DNA of 58,949 bases, counting the filler, from Dugesia japonica (lineage: Eukaryota), in the NCBI GenBank assembly GCA_001938525.1. It is 5 parts of 5 records of this genome, joined end to end, with 100 filler letters (N's around TTAATTAATTAA, not from the genome) between each part and the next. Parts side by side here need not be neighbours in the genome. Positions count along the whole stretch, not along the records: positions 8,733 to 19,107 come from MQRL01629454.1; positions 19,208 to 28,260 come from MQRL01377189.1; 3 more parts are not named here. One strand, 5' to 3'. The translations under genes were made by a program, and so were the position numbers. This document shows, piece by piece, positions 13,516 to 26,745 of this stretch. The notes under the pieces are model-generated. The model searched no databases. It worked only from the letters and a program-made list of their open reading frames with translations, and was not told the DNA's origin. Within the stretch, counting starts at the first letter, position 1. Each line of letters starts with the position of its first letter.

Positions 13516-16500
13516 AAAGTAAAAGAAAAGAAGAGGGTAAAAGAAATTAAGAAAGTTAAAGAAGGATGAAAGTAAAATAAAGGAAAAGAGTTTAAAAAAA
13601 GTAGTGTGTGAAAGAAAAAAAAAGAGGGTAAAAAATAAAAAGGTTTAAATAAGAAGAGGATAAAAGAAAGGAAGAAAGTAAAATAAAAGAAAAAATTAAA
13701 AAAAAGAACAGGGTGAAAGAAAAGAAGAGAGTAAAAAAGGTATACTCTAAAAAGGTATACTAAAAAAGGTATTCTTTTTTGTATACTCTTCTTTTTTTTA
13801 TCCTCTTCTCTTCTTTCACCCTTTTCTTTTTTGTATTCTTTTCCTTTCTTTTACCGTCTTCTTTTCTTCAACCTTCTTCCTTTCTTTAAACCTCTTTTTT
13901 TTAACCTCTTCTTTTTTTACCCTCTTGCTTTCTTTTACTTTATTCCTTTCTTCAACCTTCTTCAACACTTTCTTTTACTCTCTACATTTTTTAACCAAAT
14001 TTTTCTTTCACCCACTTCTTTTTTTTAAACTCTTTTCCTTTCTTTAACTCTCTTCCTTTATTTAACTTTCATCCTTCTTTGTAAAATTGTAAAATTCTCA
14101 CTAGTAAAATGTTTTTTTTAGAAAATCTACACTAGCTATATGTTTTTTTATAGAAAAATTAAGTGACTAATATTTTATTTTAGACAAAATTACGTAGATA
14201 AAGTTTTTTTATGAAAAACGTTCTATGTTTTTATCATCTTGTAAAGAAAAGTTTTAATTTGAATATTTTAATAAATATTATATTTTATCATGAAAATATC
14301 ACAAAGACTCTCCTCTTTGAACTTTTTAATTTTATTATGTAAATATTACAAAAACTCCCTTCTTTGAACTCTTCTATTAGAATATTGTATCATGTAAATA
14401 TCACACAGACTCACCTCTTTGAAGTTTTTTGATAGATATATTTTTTTAAATGAAACTAAGAAGCATTATAGCTGCAACAAATATGCACTAAAAATCACGT
14501 GCCTGGGAAGTTTTTTAATAATAAATGCAATAAGTTGCGACTCGGTTGCAACACACTTACACTGAAAATCACAAGTCGGAGTATTTTTAATAAATTTCTC
14601 ATCGAAAATCAGTTTTTAAATCTCATTATAGCCGTCATTTTGATTTTTTTTGAAAAAAATGCAATAGATATGCAACTCAGTTGCATCTCAGATGCTAAAA
14701 ATAGAGGCTCCTCATGTTAAATCTAGTGGCTCCCTATTCAAAATTTCAAAACTGCCAATAACATGCATTAATATCTTGTAATAATATCTTAAAAAATATC
14801 AAGACTGCCGATATCTTGTAATAATATCTTAAAAAATATAAAGAATCCCCTCGTCCCTGGCCAAAAAGTATGAAAATTCACCCTTTCCAGTCAAAATTAC
14901 TCAAAAAATAACCAAAACTACATCAAGTACTCAAAAATATCCTTACTTTAAATAAATTCATCAATTTAAGCAAAATACAGCATTTTTAACCAAAATAAAT
15001 ATTTCAAAAAATTATTACGTCCCACCAATACGCCAGAAGTATTTCAAATAATTACGAAAATATTTGATAATTAATTGTCTTTTCATACATATCACTCTCC
15101 CTTGCCCAAAAAAATTTTTTAACACTTTTATACTACTTAAAAATATCAACCAATCAAATTGTAGCTCTTAAAATAAAAAATCAAAGCAAATTCGACAAAC
15201 TAAATCTTCTCCATTACATTACCTCTCCAAAAGCTCATCAAACATCTAATTCCAACAACCACATACAAACCTATAGCCTCCCAAAAAATCACAAAATATT
15301 ACTCATAAAATTGTGCCCGTGCGCTACTACCCTTCTAGTGAATACCATCCATCCCACTTCATAAGTCTTTTAGACAATATATAGACCAAATTTTTGTCCA
15401 ACATCAATCAAATCTTATAAACTCCAAAAAAATTATTTCCAAGATCTCCAGCTTTCGTCTTTATTTCGTTCTTTCACACACACACATACAAACTCAACTT
15501 GACCTACTGTTTTAAAACCACCTTAGCAACCCAAACACACAAATTTTAAAATTTAAAAATACACACACACCACCAGGATCTAAAAATAAACTGATACGAT
15601 TTAAAAAATTTGATCCCAAAAATTTTAGAAAAAAACCCCACAAAAATCATAGCACAATCATAATGTGTTTCCGAGCCCCCCGGGGGGTAAGGGGGGTCCC
15701 GCGATAACTGCTTAAAAAAATGTGCTATTATTTTGGCTCATTGCCAAAGTGTGCTCATGCGCTACTAGCCCACTTCTTTTAATAAGAGATCGTAGTAGGA
15801 TTTTCTCCAATATCTGATCTCAAACTGATAAACACGCGGTATATTTTAATGAACGTCTGAACATCCACTTGATTTTAAATTGATTTTAATACTTTTTACT
15901 ATTTTGAATCCCGGTTCGCAGCTCCAAATTTGTTGGGTATTTCTACTCAACAAGTTATTTTATGTTTTGGTTATTTTATAACTATTGTTCAATTGTATTT
16001 CTATGAAGTTACGGGTGTTTGATTTTACCCTATATATATTAATTCGATATTATATAATATATATATTTAACTGAAAATTATAAATTATGTAATATGTGTA
16101 AGTACCTTATATAAATAAGTCAAAAATATACCTTTTACAATAATATATTTGGGTGTATAAAAATAATATAGTTACAAGATTAAGACCTTATTCAGCGAAA
16201 ATTTAAATTAGGTTGACGATGCCGCCCAGAGAGGTTGGATGTCAACTGACTAAAAAGTTACTGAATAACCACTGAAACAGATTGTATTTATACTCATTCT
16301 GATCAGTGGATTTTCGCATACACATAACAATAAATTATATCAATTAATAAAATAAATGTCACCTGTATTTGTTTTTTGCAATATAAATCAATAAGTATAC
16401 ATGTTATAAAACATACATACAATAAACATGTATATTAATTCCCCAAAGAAGATTAAATTCCAATATTTTTTTATACACAATATACAAAATTTCTTGACAA

Positions 16501-16979
16501 AACTTAATCAATAATCCAAAATAAATAAATTCAATTTTTTCTAACAACAAAAATCAATTAATCATTTCATTCACAAAATAAATAAAGTCAGATAAACAAT
16601 TTGAAATTAAAATCATTAAATAGTCAATTAAACAGGATAGGGATCCACTATCTTTTGATGGTTTATGAGTTTAAATCTGGATACTGATTTGATTTGATTC
16701 TTCATTTTTCTTATTGATTTCGAATATATATTTATTTAAATGCTATGAATATGTATCTATATGTGTTTATTACTTTGTGATGTATGTGTCTATTGATTTG
16801 TAATCTCAACATATATATTTAATTGTTCAACATTTATAAACCCTATGCACTCAAACATTTTCTACACGCTTAAACCCATTTTCTTCTTAAACCCTTTTTC
16901 CTCTTAACCACTTTTCATTTTTTGAACCCTCTTCCTTCCTAAACCCTATTTCTGTTTAAACCCTTTATATTATACATTT

Positions 16980-19107
16980 GCTAGGTAAATAATGCAAGGT
17001 TTCTATGCAAATAATACACTTAGTTGGAAATCTTTCAAAACAACTCTTATACCGAAACCAGGTAAAGAAGGTCAATATGAAAAAATCTCATCATGAAGAC
17101 CAATTGCACTACTCTCTGTCATTTATAAACTATTTGCTGTAATTGTAACAAGAAGACTAATTAGAAGAGAGGTTTGGAATTTTAAGGGTGTATTGAACTC
17201 TACCCAATTCTAACAGCTGACTTAGAGCACTCGAAACCTAGTAAAATTGCGATTTCATAGCTTGACATAAAGTATGCTTTTGGAAGTATTCCACACGGTT
17301 ACTTATGGGTATTGCTACAATATATTGGGGTTGAAAATGCCTTTGTTAACATCCTAGAACTCCTATACTCTCATACATCCTCATTCTATACTTGTAGTTA
17401 AATAATCACAACAAATATTCTGATTAAGAGAAGAGTCAAACAAGACTGCCCATTATCTATGATCTTATTTAATTTGGCAATCAATCCAGTTCTCCAATCA
17501 ATTTCTGCAATCGACACAAAACCTTTTATGATAGGGTCATCAAAAATTCAGACTCTTGCATATGCGGATGATTTGGCACACATTGTGACTAATACTGAAG
17601 ACTTTTATAAAATAATAAACATAGCAATATAAACTGAAAGAATCATCGGATTTAAAATTCGTCCTGATAAATGCGCTCATCTTCAACTACCTCAAACCAA
17701 CTTCACCAGCGAAATCTCTATAAATGATAGGAAAATTTAAAAATTAAGTATAAAAGAATTTTATCAATATCTAGGCGTTCCGGTTGGAGATAGAAATGAC
17801 GAAAGTCCTTATGAGACGATACAACAAGTTCTTTATGATTTAACAAAATTTGCTGATTCAGACTTACTAGGATAGTAGAAGCTAAAAGCATACAAAGTAT
17901 TCCTACATTCTAGACTCACATTTGCATTCAAACCCGCAAAATCAAACTAAGCGCTCTTAGCAATCCCCATAATAATCCAAATGTTAGAAACAACAATACT
18001 AGTAAGGTTCGTTTCTAACTTAGACGTATATTAAATCTTCCGAAACGATTTGAAATTCTATACTTCTACAATTTAACTAAAAATGGAGAAGCTACTTGTG
18101 TCAATCTGTTGGATGAATATCAAACTCAATATGTTGTGCATTATTTTAAATTACTTACCTCCAGATGCATTTACACAAAAAATCAATATAGACTCCTTGC
18201 GTCTTGCAGCTAGTTCAAGAATAAACAAACTAAATCCATTTCTAAATGAATGTCTCGAATGAAAAAACGGGAAAGAAACATTGAAAAACTCGAATGCAAA
18301 GAAAACGCACTTTCAGAGTATAAAACATCTAGTAAATGTCTTCAAAAGGATTTATGATACAGATATATCATTTCATATACTTAATAAAGAAATATTCCTT
18401 TAAATGACATACAAGACAAAAAGAATCTATGTTAATACTTATACCTCTTGTAAAGAAATTTCAAATATCATTCACAACGTTTTCTTTGATTCCTACGCTG
18501 AAAAATGAAAAATAAGTAAAGTAAGGAACTTGAATTTCACAGCTATTCAAATGAGCCCTATTATTAATAAAATGATTTTCATAAGAGACCTCAATGAGTT
18601 TCAGTGGAATTTTATTCACATTAGACGAACAAAATATCTATCAATACGTGGAAGATTTTTTATGAAATATAAAACTATTGATGCTATTTTATTGAAAATG
18701 AAATTTTATCACGTTCTTCAAAAATGCAAAATGATTCAGCTACTAGCAACTGAAAGACATAATGCTTGCATCGATATTATTGTCAGCAAACTTAAAACCT
18801 CAAATGGAATTGTTGAGATCAATAGAATAAATAAATATATTTCGGATTCTAGGGAAAGAGTGGATGTTATAGTAACTAATGTTAAGAACAAACAATATAA
18901 TTAATTGATCTCAAATGCCCAATAGACTTCGAAAAGAATTTTGAAGAGTGTAACAAAAGAAATTTAGAAAAATATGATCTACTAAAAATAAAGTTAAAAT
19001 AGCGAAGCCTGACTTTGAAGTAGAATTACATACTTGAATAATTGTATCACTTGGCTCAATTCCAACCACAAACCTCTTACTTCCTTTATGAAAAAGTTTC
19101 ACACTCA
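16980..19107 (+). mobile_element. Non-LTR retrotransposon with RT and restriction-like endonuclease (NeSL/R2/Utopia-type), decayed
   Basis: RT motifs LDIKYAFGSIPH (~17261), VKQDCPLSMILFNLAI (~17435), LAYADDL (~17555) and YQYLGV. C-terminal HVLQKC...ERHN...RERVDVIV...LIDLKCP matches the CCHC-RHN-PD..D RLE domain. Confidence 0.85.
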
Positions 19108-19207
19108 NNNNNNNNNNNNNNNNNNNNNNNNNNNNNNNNNNNNNNNNNNNNTTAATTAATTAANNNNNNNNNNNNNNNNNNNNNNNNNNNNNNNNNNNNN
19201 NNNNNNN
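19108..19207. other. Artificial scaffold-joining spacer
   Basis: 44 N + TTAATTAATTAA + 44 N. Confidence 0.95.
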
Positions 19208-19249
19208 ATTTTTAGTAACAGGGGGGGAGGGGGGGGTAGAAAAAGTGGA

Positions 19250-21990
19250 GGTTCAGTGCGGACATGTCTCACTACTTGTATCCAGTATGAATTCTCTTTT
19301 GACATCCGGAAACACTAAAATTGGTGGCTTTGTTAACGCCGTTTTCATATCTCTGAATGATTGTTCGCAGATCTCTGTCCATATTAGCTTCTTATTATTT
19401 ACACTGCAGCGTTTTTCTAGTTCTTTAGCTTTCTTTGTGTAATCCTTTATGAATCTTCTGTAATAGCAACATATCCTCAAGAAATCTCTCTATCTTTTCA
19501 CGCATTTTGGCCTTTTGTATGTTTGTATTGCAACCAATTTTGCTGGATCTGTTTGAATTTCTTTATCACTTATGATGTGTCCCAAAAATTTTATTTCTTA
19601 GCTTAGCAATTGATATTTTGACGCCTCAAACGTAGACCTGCTTGATTTATTTTACTAAATACTTCCTTCAGTGCTTTGCAATGCTTTTCCAAGTTTTCTA
19701 AATATATTAGAATATCATCTAAATACACCGTCGTTCTCTTTGTTGCCTCTAAAACCTTTCTAATGAGTTCCTGAGATTTCCCAGGCACTGCAGCTATGCC
19801 AAACAGCATTTTAATGAAGCAGTATTGACAAGACTTTGTTGAAAAGTCTGTTTTATCTGTTGACTCCTCTTCAAACTCAACTTGATAGTAAGCATTACTT
19901 AAATCTAATGAGCTGTAGAATTTGGACCCGCCTAATCTATTCAGAATCTCTTCTACATTTGGCATTGGAAATGCTTGTCTTTCCGTAACAGCGTTCAGCT
20001 ATCAAAAATCGAGACAGAGACAAATGTCTTTCTTTTCTTTTATCTAGATACATATCAACTGGGTGTTCCATGTTGAATTTCACGTTCATATAATTTTATT
20101 TTCAAAAAGATTATGTGCCCCTTCAATTATGTTATCCTCTAAGTTCATAGGTGTTCTACATTGTTTAACATTTATAGGTCATTCTTTTGTTACTATTTTA
20201 TGCTTCACCAGTTTTGTGAATCATATGTCCTATTTATCTGCCAGTACGATATTTGAATGATTTCTTATCAACTTCTTGATCGCGCCATTTTCCAATGTAT
20301 TTTTTTCACTAAATGCTTTTTGACATCTTTCTTCATCTGCAATATTCCTTCCAAAATATGGCTCGATATTGCAAACCCGATCTTGATTATCTTTTTCTGT
20401 TTTATCTATCCAATGTAAATCTAATCCAAAACTGGTCTGCAACTCAATGCCACCAATTATGCTAGGGATTATCTTTTCCATAACTATAAAACTAATTCAA
20501 CTAGTCGTATTGGCGATACTCACTTCCACCTTAAATTTCCTTTGGTATTTAATGAACTGTCATTAGCACACCGTAGTCTGTCCTTGTTTGTTAATAACGG
20601 GATATCCTTGAATTTGTTAAACACATCTATACCCATCATATTAATTCTTGCTCCGGTATCTAGAAAGCATTCAAACTCCATATTTGGATCTTTATCACAA
20701 TACTTAGTTTACCCTACATTATATCTTATCTAATTACACCTTTCCCTATTCTTCCACTGTTGTGATTGTTGGTTTCACTGATGTTTCTCACTTGATTACT
20801 GATATATTTTTCTTTAAAAAATTATAAACTCGTTTCTTGACATAATCCTCTATATTATTGATATGACTACTTTTACTACTTTTACTTATATTTTGGGGAT
20901 CGCCTATTAGATTTTGAGTTCTAGAGCTCCTACCATCACCCCTGTTGGTAGAGCCTCGTCATTTGGGTTTCTCCTTGATTCATAAACTTTTTGCGTCATA
21001 TCTGTTGTCATCATATCTAACGTCTTCATTTATGTCGTCCTCATATTCCTTGTTACTTGTTTCATTATATTCCACTGCATTCATGTTAATATGTCTACCC
21101 GGAAATGGGAGATTTTTTACCTCATACTTCTTATATTCCGAAGGATACACCTTCCATGTCTTGTACTCCATCTTTGTGAAACAATCTTTGGTTTTATGAC
21201 CGTTCATATTGCATTCTCTGCACTTTATCTTGTTGCACTGTCTTCTTATATGACCTATATTTTAACATGCTTAGCATGTAGGAGGCTTTTTGTCTAGGCA
21301 CTCCCGACCGTTGTGTTCCAATTTGTGACATTTCCAACATTCTACTTTCTCTGTTCTGATTTCCCTTCTGAAATTTGGCTTTTTGTAGGTTGATTCTTGC
21401 ATCCTTGGTACCGTTCTTTTTGGTTCCGTGTATAATGCCTCCTTGCAGCTACACATCATGGTTATTCCTTCTGTCATTTTGGTGATTCTTGAAACATCTC
21501 TGATTATTTTTTTANTTTCTTCTGGTTCAGAAACATCTTTCATAAGAATCTCTTTTTTCGCCTTCTTTTGTGCCGTTGCGTTTATCAGGAGTGCTGATAT
21601 TAACGACTCTTTCGATAGATTATGGCTAAGCAGTTTATCTGCCAGTTTTTTACATCGTGGAAGAATACCTCATTATCAGTATTACCCTGCCTGTCACGAA
21701 TGAATTCTTCTAGATCTTCAAAACTGTCTCTTGGTATTTTCACCAGTATTCTTAGCCTGGTTTCATACCCCTTTACTTTGTTCTCTGATGCTTTATATCT
21801 TTCTTCACGATTCGGGTCAATCATCCTACCGATTACAATCTCTTGTAAATCTTTGGGAATTTTGGCCGCTTTGAAGAATCAACCGACGTCTCTCAAGAAT
21901 CTGTCAAGATTGTCACCTACCATGAAAGGTCTTGGGTGTAACAAATATGTTACTAAGTTTGAGCATGACGTGGTTGCCATATTAGCAAGA
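19250..21990 (-). mobile_element. Ty3/Gypsy LTR retrotransposon, gag-PR-RT-RNase H(start), decayed
   Basis: CCHC knuckles (CWKCHKLEHNGREC; NGHKTKDC), protease FECFLDTGARINM (~20640-20680), RT (LDLSNAYYQV, MLFGI, YLDDILIY) and LTKPPILVFPD..FILDT. PBS-like TGGCAACC at ~21972-21979. Confidence 0.9.
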
Positions 21991-22169
21991 CCAACGCTAT
22001 CTTCATCCAACATTTATTTATGAAAAAGTTTCAATAAATTGAAAAACTGAATTAGAATAGTTTTAATATTCAAACGCAATAATATACGCAATAATTATTT
22101 TAATTATTTTCTTGAAATATTTTAAATTTCAAAAACTTATTAAATATTTTAATTGTGCAAATAAATTTG

Positions 22170-23170
22170 AAATCAAACAATTCAAATATAATTCTCATAG
22201 ACATAATTAAAGTGTTGCCTGAAAATATATTTGAAATTATGTATATTGATTTTTGTCGACTGTTTAAAACCGCTAGAAATAGTAAAATTTTTATATTAGT
22301 TATTATAGATCAATTTAACGTTGGGAAGAGGTTGTAAATAAAAATGGAGAATATATACTTGATTGACTTATTTTTGATATTTGTCTAAATAACATTTAAT
22401 TTTCCAAAAAAAACGAACTTTCAATTTGAAAACCCTAATACATGTGAATAACATCGGTAATTGATCAAACTGGAAAAATTATAGCCAATACATTAAAAGA
22501 TCAGTGAATTTTGAAATTTTGGGCACCTAAAATTATTATATGTGACAGAGGAATATCATTTGAATCGAATTTGATTAGAGAATTGACAGAAAACATGGAA
22601 TAGAGTTAAAATTTTCAAGTCCGTATCATCATTCTAGTAATGGACAAATCGAAAGACAATTTCGAGCTATAGGAGATTCCATTCATACAACATTACAAGA
22701 TTAAACGAATAAAGATTGGACAGATATAATCGCAGAAGTACAATTTATGATAAATTCTACTTATCAAATTATTTAACAAATTAAGCTTAGCGGAAATTGT
22801 TTTTGGAAAGAAAATTTCACAAGAATAGAATATTTATGAAAATGTAGAAGAGAAAACTTGGAAATATAATTAAAAAAATCTCATCAATCAAGATGAAATT
22901 AGTCATCCCATGTATGGAATGACAAAAAGACATTTTAAAATTGGAGACAAAGTCTTAGTAAAAAATATATCTGCCAATAAAGATAAAGATAGGTACTAAG
23001 GCCCAGCAAGAATAATTAAAAGAATACATGATAGGAGTTATCACATTAAATTTAAAAATGGTAAAATATTTATCAGAAATGTAGAGTGGTTAATAGAGGA
23101 GAATGTGAGGATATTTTATATTTATTTTAAATGATTATTTATTACTAAATGTTTATTATTTCTGCATGCA
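22170..23170 (+). mobile_element. Gypsy integrase/GPY-F remnant with PPT and start of 3' LTR
   Basis: IMYIDF..FILVIIDQF; LKFSSPYHHSSNGQIERQF; FKIGDKVLVK..Y*GPARI. Purine tract AGAGGAGAA is followed by TGTGAGG at ~23104. Confidence 0.8.
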
Positions 23171-23174
23171 TTTC

Positions 23175-23670
23175 AAACATTACTTACATGGTAAAAGATT
23201 TACTCTTAGTTCAGATCATAAAGCTCTAACTTTATGATAACGACGAAGAAACCAATTACGCCAGAATTCCAGACATTGATTTATTATCTGAATAGTATAG
23301 ACATAGAATTCAGAAAATAGAAAAGGTATTTAACATGATAATGCAAATACGTTATCTAGATCAAGATTTGAGGTATGTGTACAATGTCAAATGTCACATG
23401 AAGATGTCAAAAAAGAAAAGATTAAAACAAAAGTACTGAACACAATATAAAATGAAAAAGAGGATCAATTAAAATTTCTAAAGTAAATGATTTAATCAAG
23501 AAAATTCAAGTTCCTGATGACAAAATAAATGAAACAATAGAAGAAATACATAAATTATTATGTCATTCACGAGTTGAAAAGGTGAACGAATATATGAGAG
23601 ACAAATACGTTACGAAGAATTTGTGGAGCCAAATACCGAAGATAGTTCGAAGTTGTAAAATGTGTTGTAT
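23175..23670 (+). mobile_element. Gypsy RNase H C-terminus / integrase zinc-finger remnant
   Basis: HYLHGKRFTLSSDHKAL, NANTLSR, IHKLLCH...W..IVRSCKMC (HHCC). Confidence 0.75.
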
Positions 23671-24272
23671 ATAAGAATTTATTTTTATTAATTTGTGACA
23701 TTTGCGGGATGATTTAATGGTATATTTACATTTATCGGCCATATTTCAGGGATATATACCCGAAAAATTTTCAATGAGATCACCCACAAAAACTGGTGGG
23801 CCGAAAGGTACCGAGGAAATAAAGTAGTAAAAATCTTAATAGCTTTGATTTATTATTATTAAAAATTATTATAAAAATAATTCAGAACTCAAAACAACAT
23901 AATGATTAAACAACATAATCATTATTATTTGATTGATTATAATTGATTATATTTGTTTATTTAATAAATCATTAATTTAATATTTCTTTAACCCATGCAT
24001 GAGTTTATCTAGCAGTTGGAAAATTCTGGTTTTTAATATTAGAACAATAAAAATATTCTTAGACACGTTTTGTTTACAAATTAACAATTGAATACTTATT
24101 TGTTGTACAAAAATTGTGGTTTTTTTCACCATGTAAACAATTATTGGAAATTTATTTTCAAAAGTATTTGTTTATATTATTTATCAAAAACAAATAAATC
24201 AAATATTTTACAAAAAATTTATTTAAGAAAATAATTAATAGTAGATTCTTGATCACAGAACATAAAGGCATT

Positions 24273-24458
24273 TCAATTTTCTATATTTTCTTTAGTAAAA
24301 CTTTTTCTAAATATGTTTTCATTAATTTCTCCCTCAAATCCTTTGTTTTCAAAATTAACAAGTGTTTTATTTTTCATTGATGATTGCTGATGATTATTAT
24401 GACAATTACCAACATCTTTCACTGATATATTTGAAGCAATTGATTCGATATTTCCTTC
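24273..24458 (-). CDS. Candidate (alternative) terminal exon of the P4-ATPase
   Basis: TTTTAGTTTTATCAG acceptor, then a phase-0 open frame of 61 codons (EGNIESIASNISVKD...VNFENKGFEGEINENIFRKSFTKENIEN*), compatible with the phase-0 donor at 26945. Confidence 0.5.
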   Translation of the reverse strand, partial: EGNIESIASNISVKDVGNCHNNHQQSSMKNKTLVNFENKGFEGEINENIFRKSFTKENIEN

Positions 24459-26745
24459 CTGATAAAACTAAAAACATAAAAAACCATAAAGAAACAAATG
24501 CAGTTTGGTATTAAATTTTTGAAAATGGTCAAAATGCTTAAAACTCTTATTTAATTAATATTGGCAATATCTTATAAATAAAATATATCTTATATATAAA
24601 TAATATCTTATGAATAAATTAATTTAAATTATTTTAAAATGATCCAATAAAATTTCATTAAAATGCAATCAATTTGGAAATATTTTCTAGTATTGATTAA
24701 ATCAATCAAAAGGTTAAATCCTGAAGAAGACAAAAGTCAAAAAAATTGAAATAATAACAACTACTAAACACTTATAAAAAAATATTTAAAAAGAACAACA
24801 TTATGATCGAAGCTTTTACTTTAATGAAATATTGACAATTTCCGACAAAACAATAAGCTTTCGTGAATTAGGTTTGTTAGTTAAATAAACAATTTCAAAA
24901 TTTTCATCCGAAAATTTATTTATTTTGTTGTGTTGAATTTTACAAATGTTGAAAAAACGTGTTGATTCATTAATTTCAAACAAAATAATTTTAAATATTT
25001 TAATACTAAAATTGAAGATGAAAAAATCTAGTCTTTTAAAATATACATTTAAACCATACATGACTTTTTCTAATAACAAATGTTGAAAAACATATATTCT
25101 TCTTTCTTGATTATATATAATGTATACATTCTTATACAATTATCAATACCATGCAATTAAAACTCACTATGATTTGTAGAAAATTTGCCTATATTGATGG
25201 TTATATAATTTATTAACGATTTATTAATGGGATTTTAATAGATAGAAAAACAGGTTTTGAGTTTTATTTATTTTGTAATATGCAATATTTTATTTTTAAC
25301 ACATACATATATTACATTATTAATAAAATCAAGATTATCATATTTGATTCGAACTACAAAATTAAATTCGGTTCTTATATGAGGAAATTAAAATACTAAA
25401 GGAAGTTAAAAGCATCCCAACGATCGTCAAACCTTAAGATATAACTTGAAAATTATATTAAAACTATAGTTAAATTCGATTACAATTATAATTCTCCTTA
25501 CAATTCGAAAACCATATAAAATTTGTTTGAAAAAAACCTATTTAAATATTATTTATTTTATTTTTAATAAATAATAATAAATATATTTTTTTATAAACAC
25601 TTTAAAGATAATGTATATTGTATATATTGTATATTTTTGAAAAGATTTTGAAAGTGTATATTTTTGTTAAATTATTTTGAAGAATTATTGAAATGTATAT
25701 TATTAGAAAATATATCGTATGTGTATTTTCTTTTAAAAATCGATATTTTTAAATTAAAATTTAATATTCTTATTATGGATTATTTGTTAAAATGTATGAT
25801 TGCATTATTTTCAGCTTTATTAAAACAATTGTAATATTGAATAAAAATTATGGATAATGGCGAACTTCTTAATTTGACTAATACATGCAACTAAGATCTT
25901 TTGAATTAAACAGTGACCGTTTTAGACTCATGTAGCATTAACAATTTAATGAAATGGATATTCTAAAATATTAAAAAAATAATTAAGTATTTATTAATTA
26001 ATTAACCTAATAAAATTAAATCCCAAATAATAATATTAAATTAAAAATAATTTAATATTAAAAATAAAATTAATTATTAAAACAAATTCTTCAAATCTGA
26101 TAATGCCTAAAACAATTTGTTTTCATATTCATGTAAATCAATTTTACATTAATATTTTTTAATTAATTTCAAATCAACAATAATTGGAAAAATTATAAAT
26201 GATATTTTCTAATTATAATAATTTCATTTTTTAATAAAATTTAATATTTTATATTAATCTAATTGTAGAAAATTCACTCAGTTTTCCTTTGATATCTAAA
26301 TAATAGACAATTTGTTTTTCTTTATTAATTCTGCTAACATTTGAAGCTAAAATCTTCGTAACAGTTGAAATTCACACAATTTGTTATTAATAAATATATA
26401 TTGATAAATATTAACCAAAATTTTTAGTTATTGGAAATTATTGCTTGTTTATTGATTTGTAAAGGCCAATTTAATTAAACAAAAATTGTTATACATTAAA
26501 TTACTTTTTCACCAGTTAAATATGTAAAAATAACGATGGTAAATGTTTAATGAATAATAAATAATGCCATTTAAAATAAAATGTTATTGTTATATATTTC
26601 GATGGATTGATGGTCATCTTCAGACAAAAATAAAATAAATAAGTTTATTCAGTCTGTATTATTTAAACAAAGATTCATGTAATTATACTAAATATAATAT
26701 GGCTATAAATCGTAATTTTAATTTNNNNNNNNNNTTTTTCATTAA

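Larger units (their letters stand above)
10490..14430. repeat. Large imperfect inverted-repeat (foldback) structure with GA-rich/TC-rich arms and minisatellites
   Basis: 10490-10670 is the inverse of 14280-14430. 10930-11055 is the inverse of 14165-14280. GA-rich 11450-12165 is the inverse of TC-rich 13770-14080. A ~31-bp tandem array (TTTTTAATAAAAAATCTCATTACCGATGCAA) lies at 11060-11260. Confidence 0.8.

Noticed and set aside
15660-15790. Helitron end (A|TCTCTTATT 5' terminus on minus strand; GC hairpin at ~15675-15700)
   Set aside because: No Rep/helicase relic or matching CTAG 3' end identified. The similarity to the CGCTACTA..CT termini fits equally well, so it is left unclassified.
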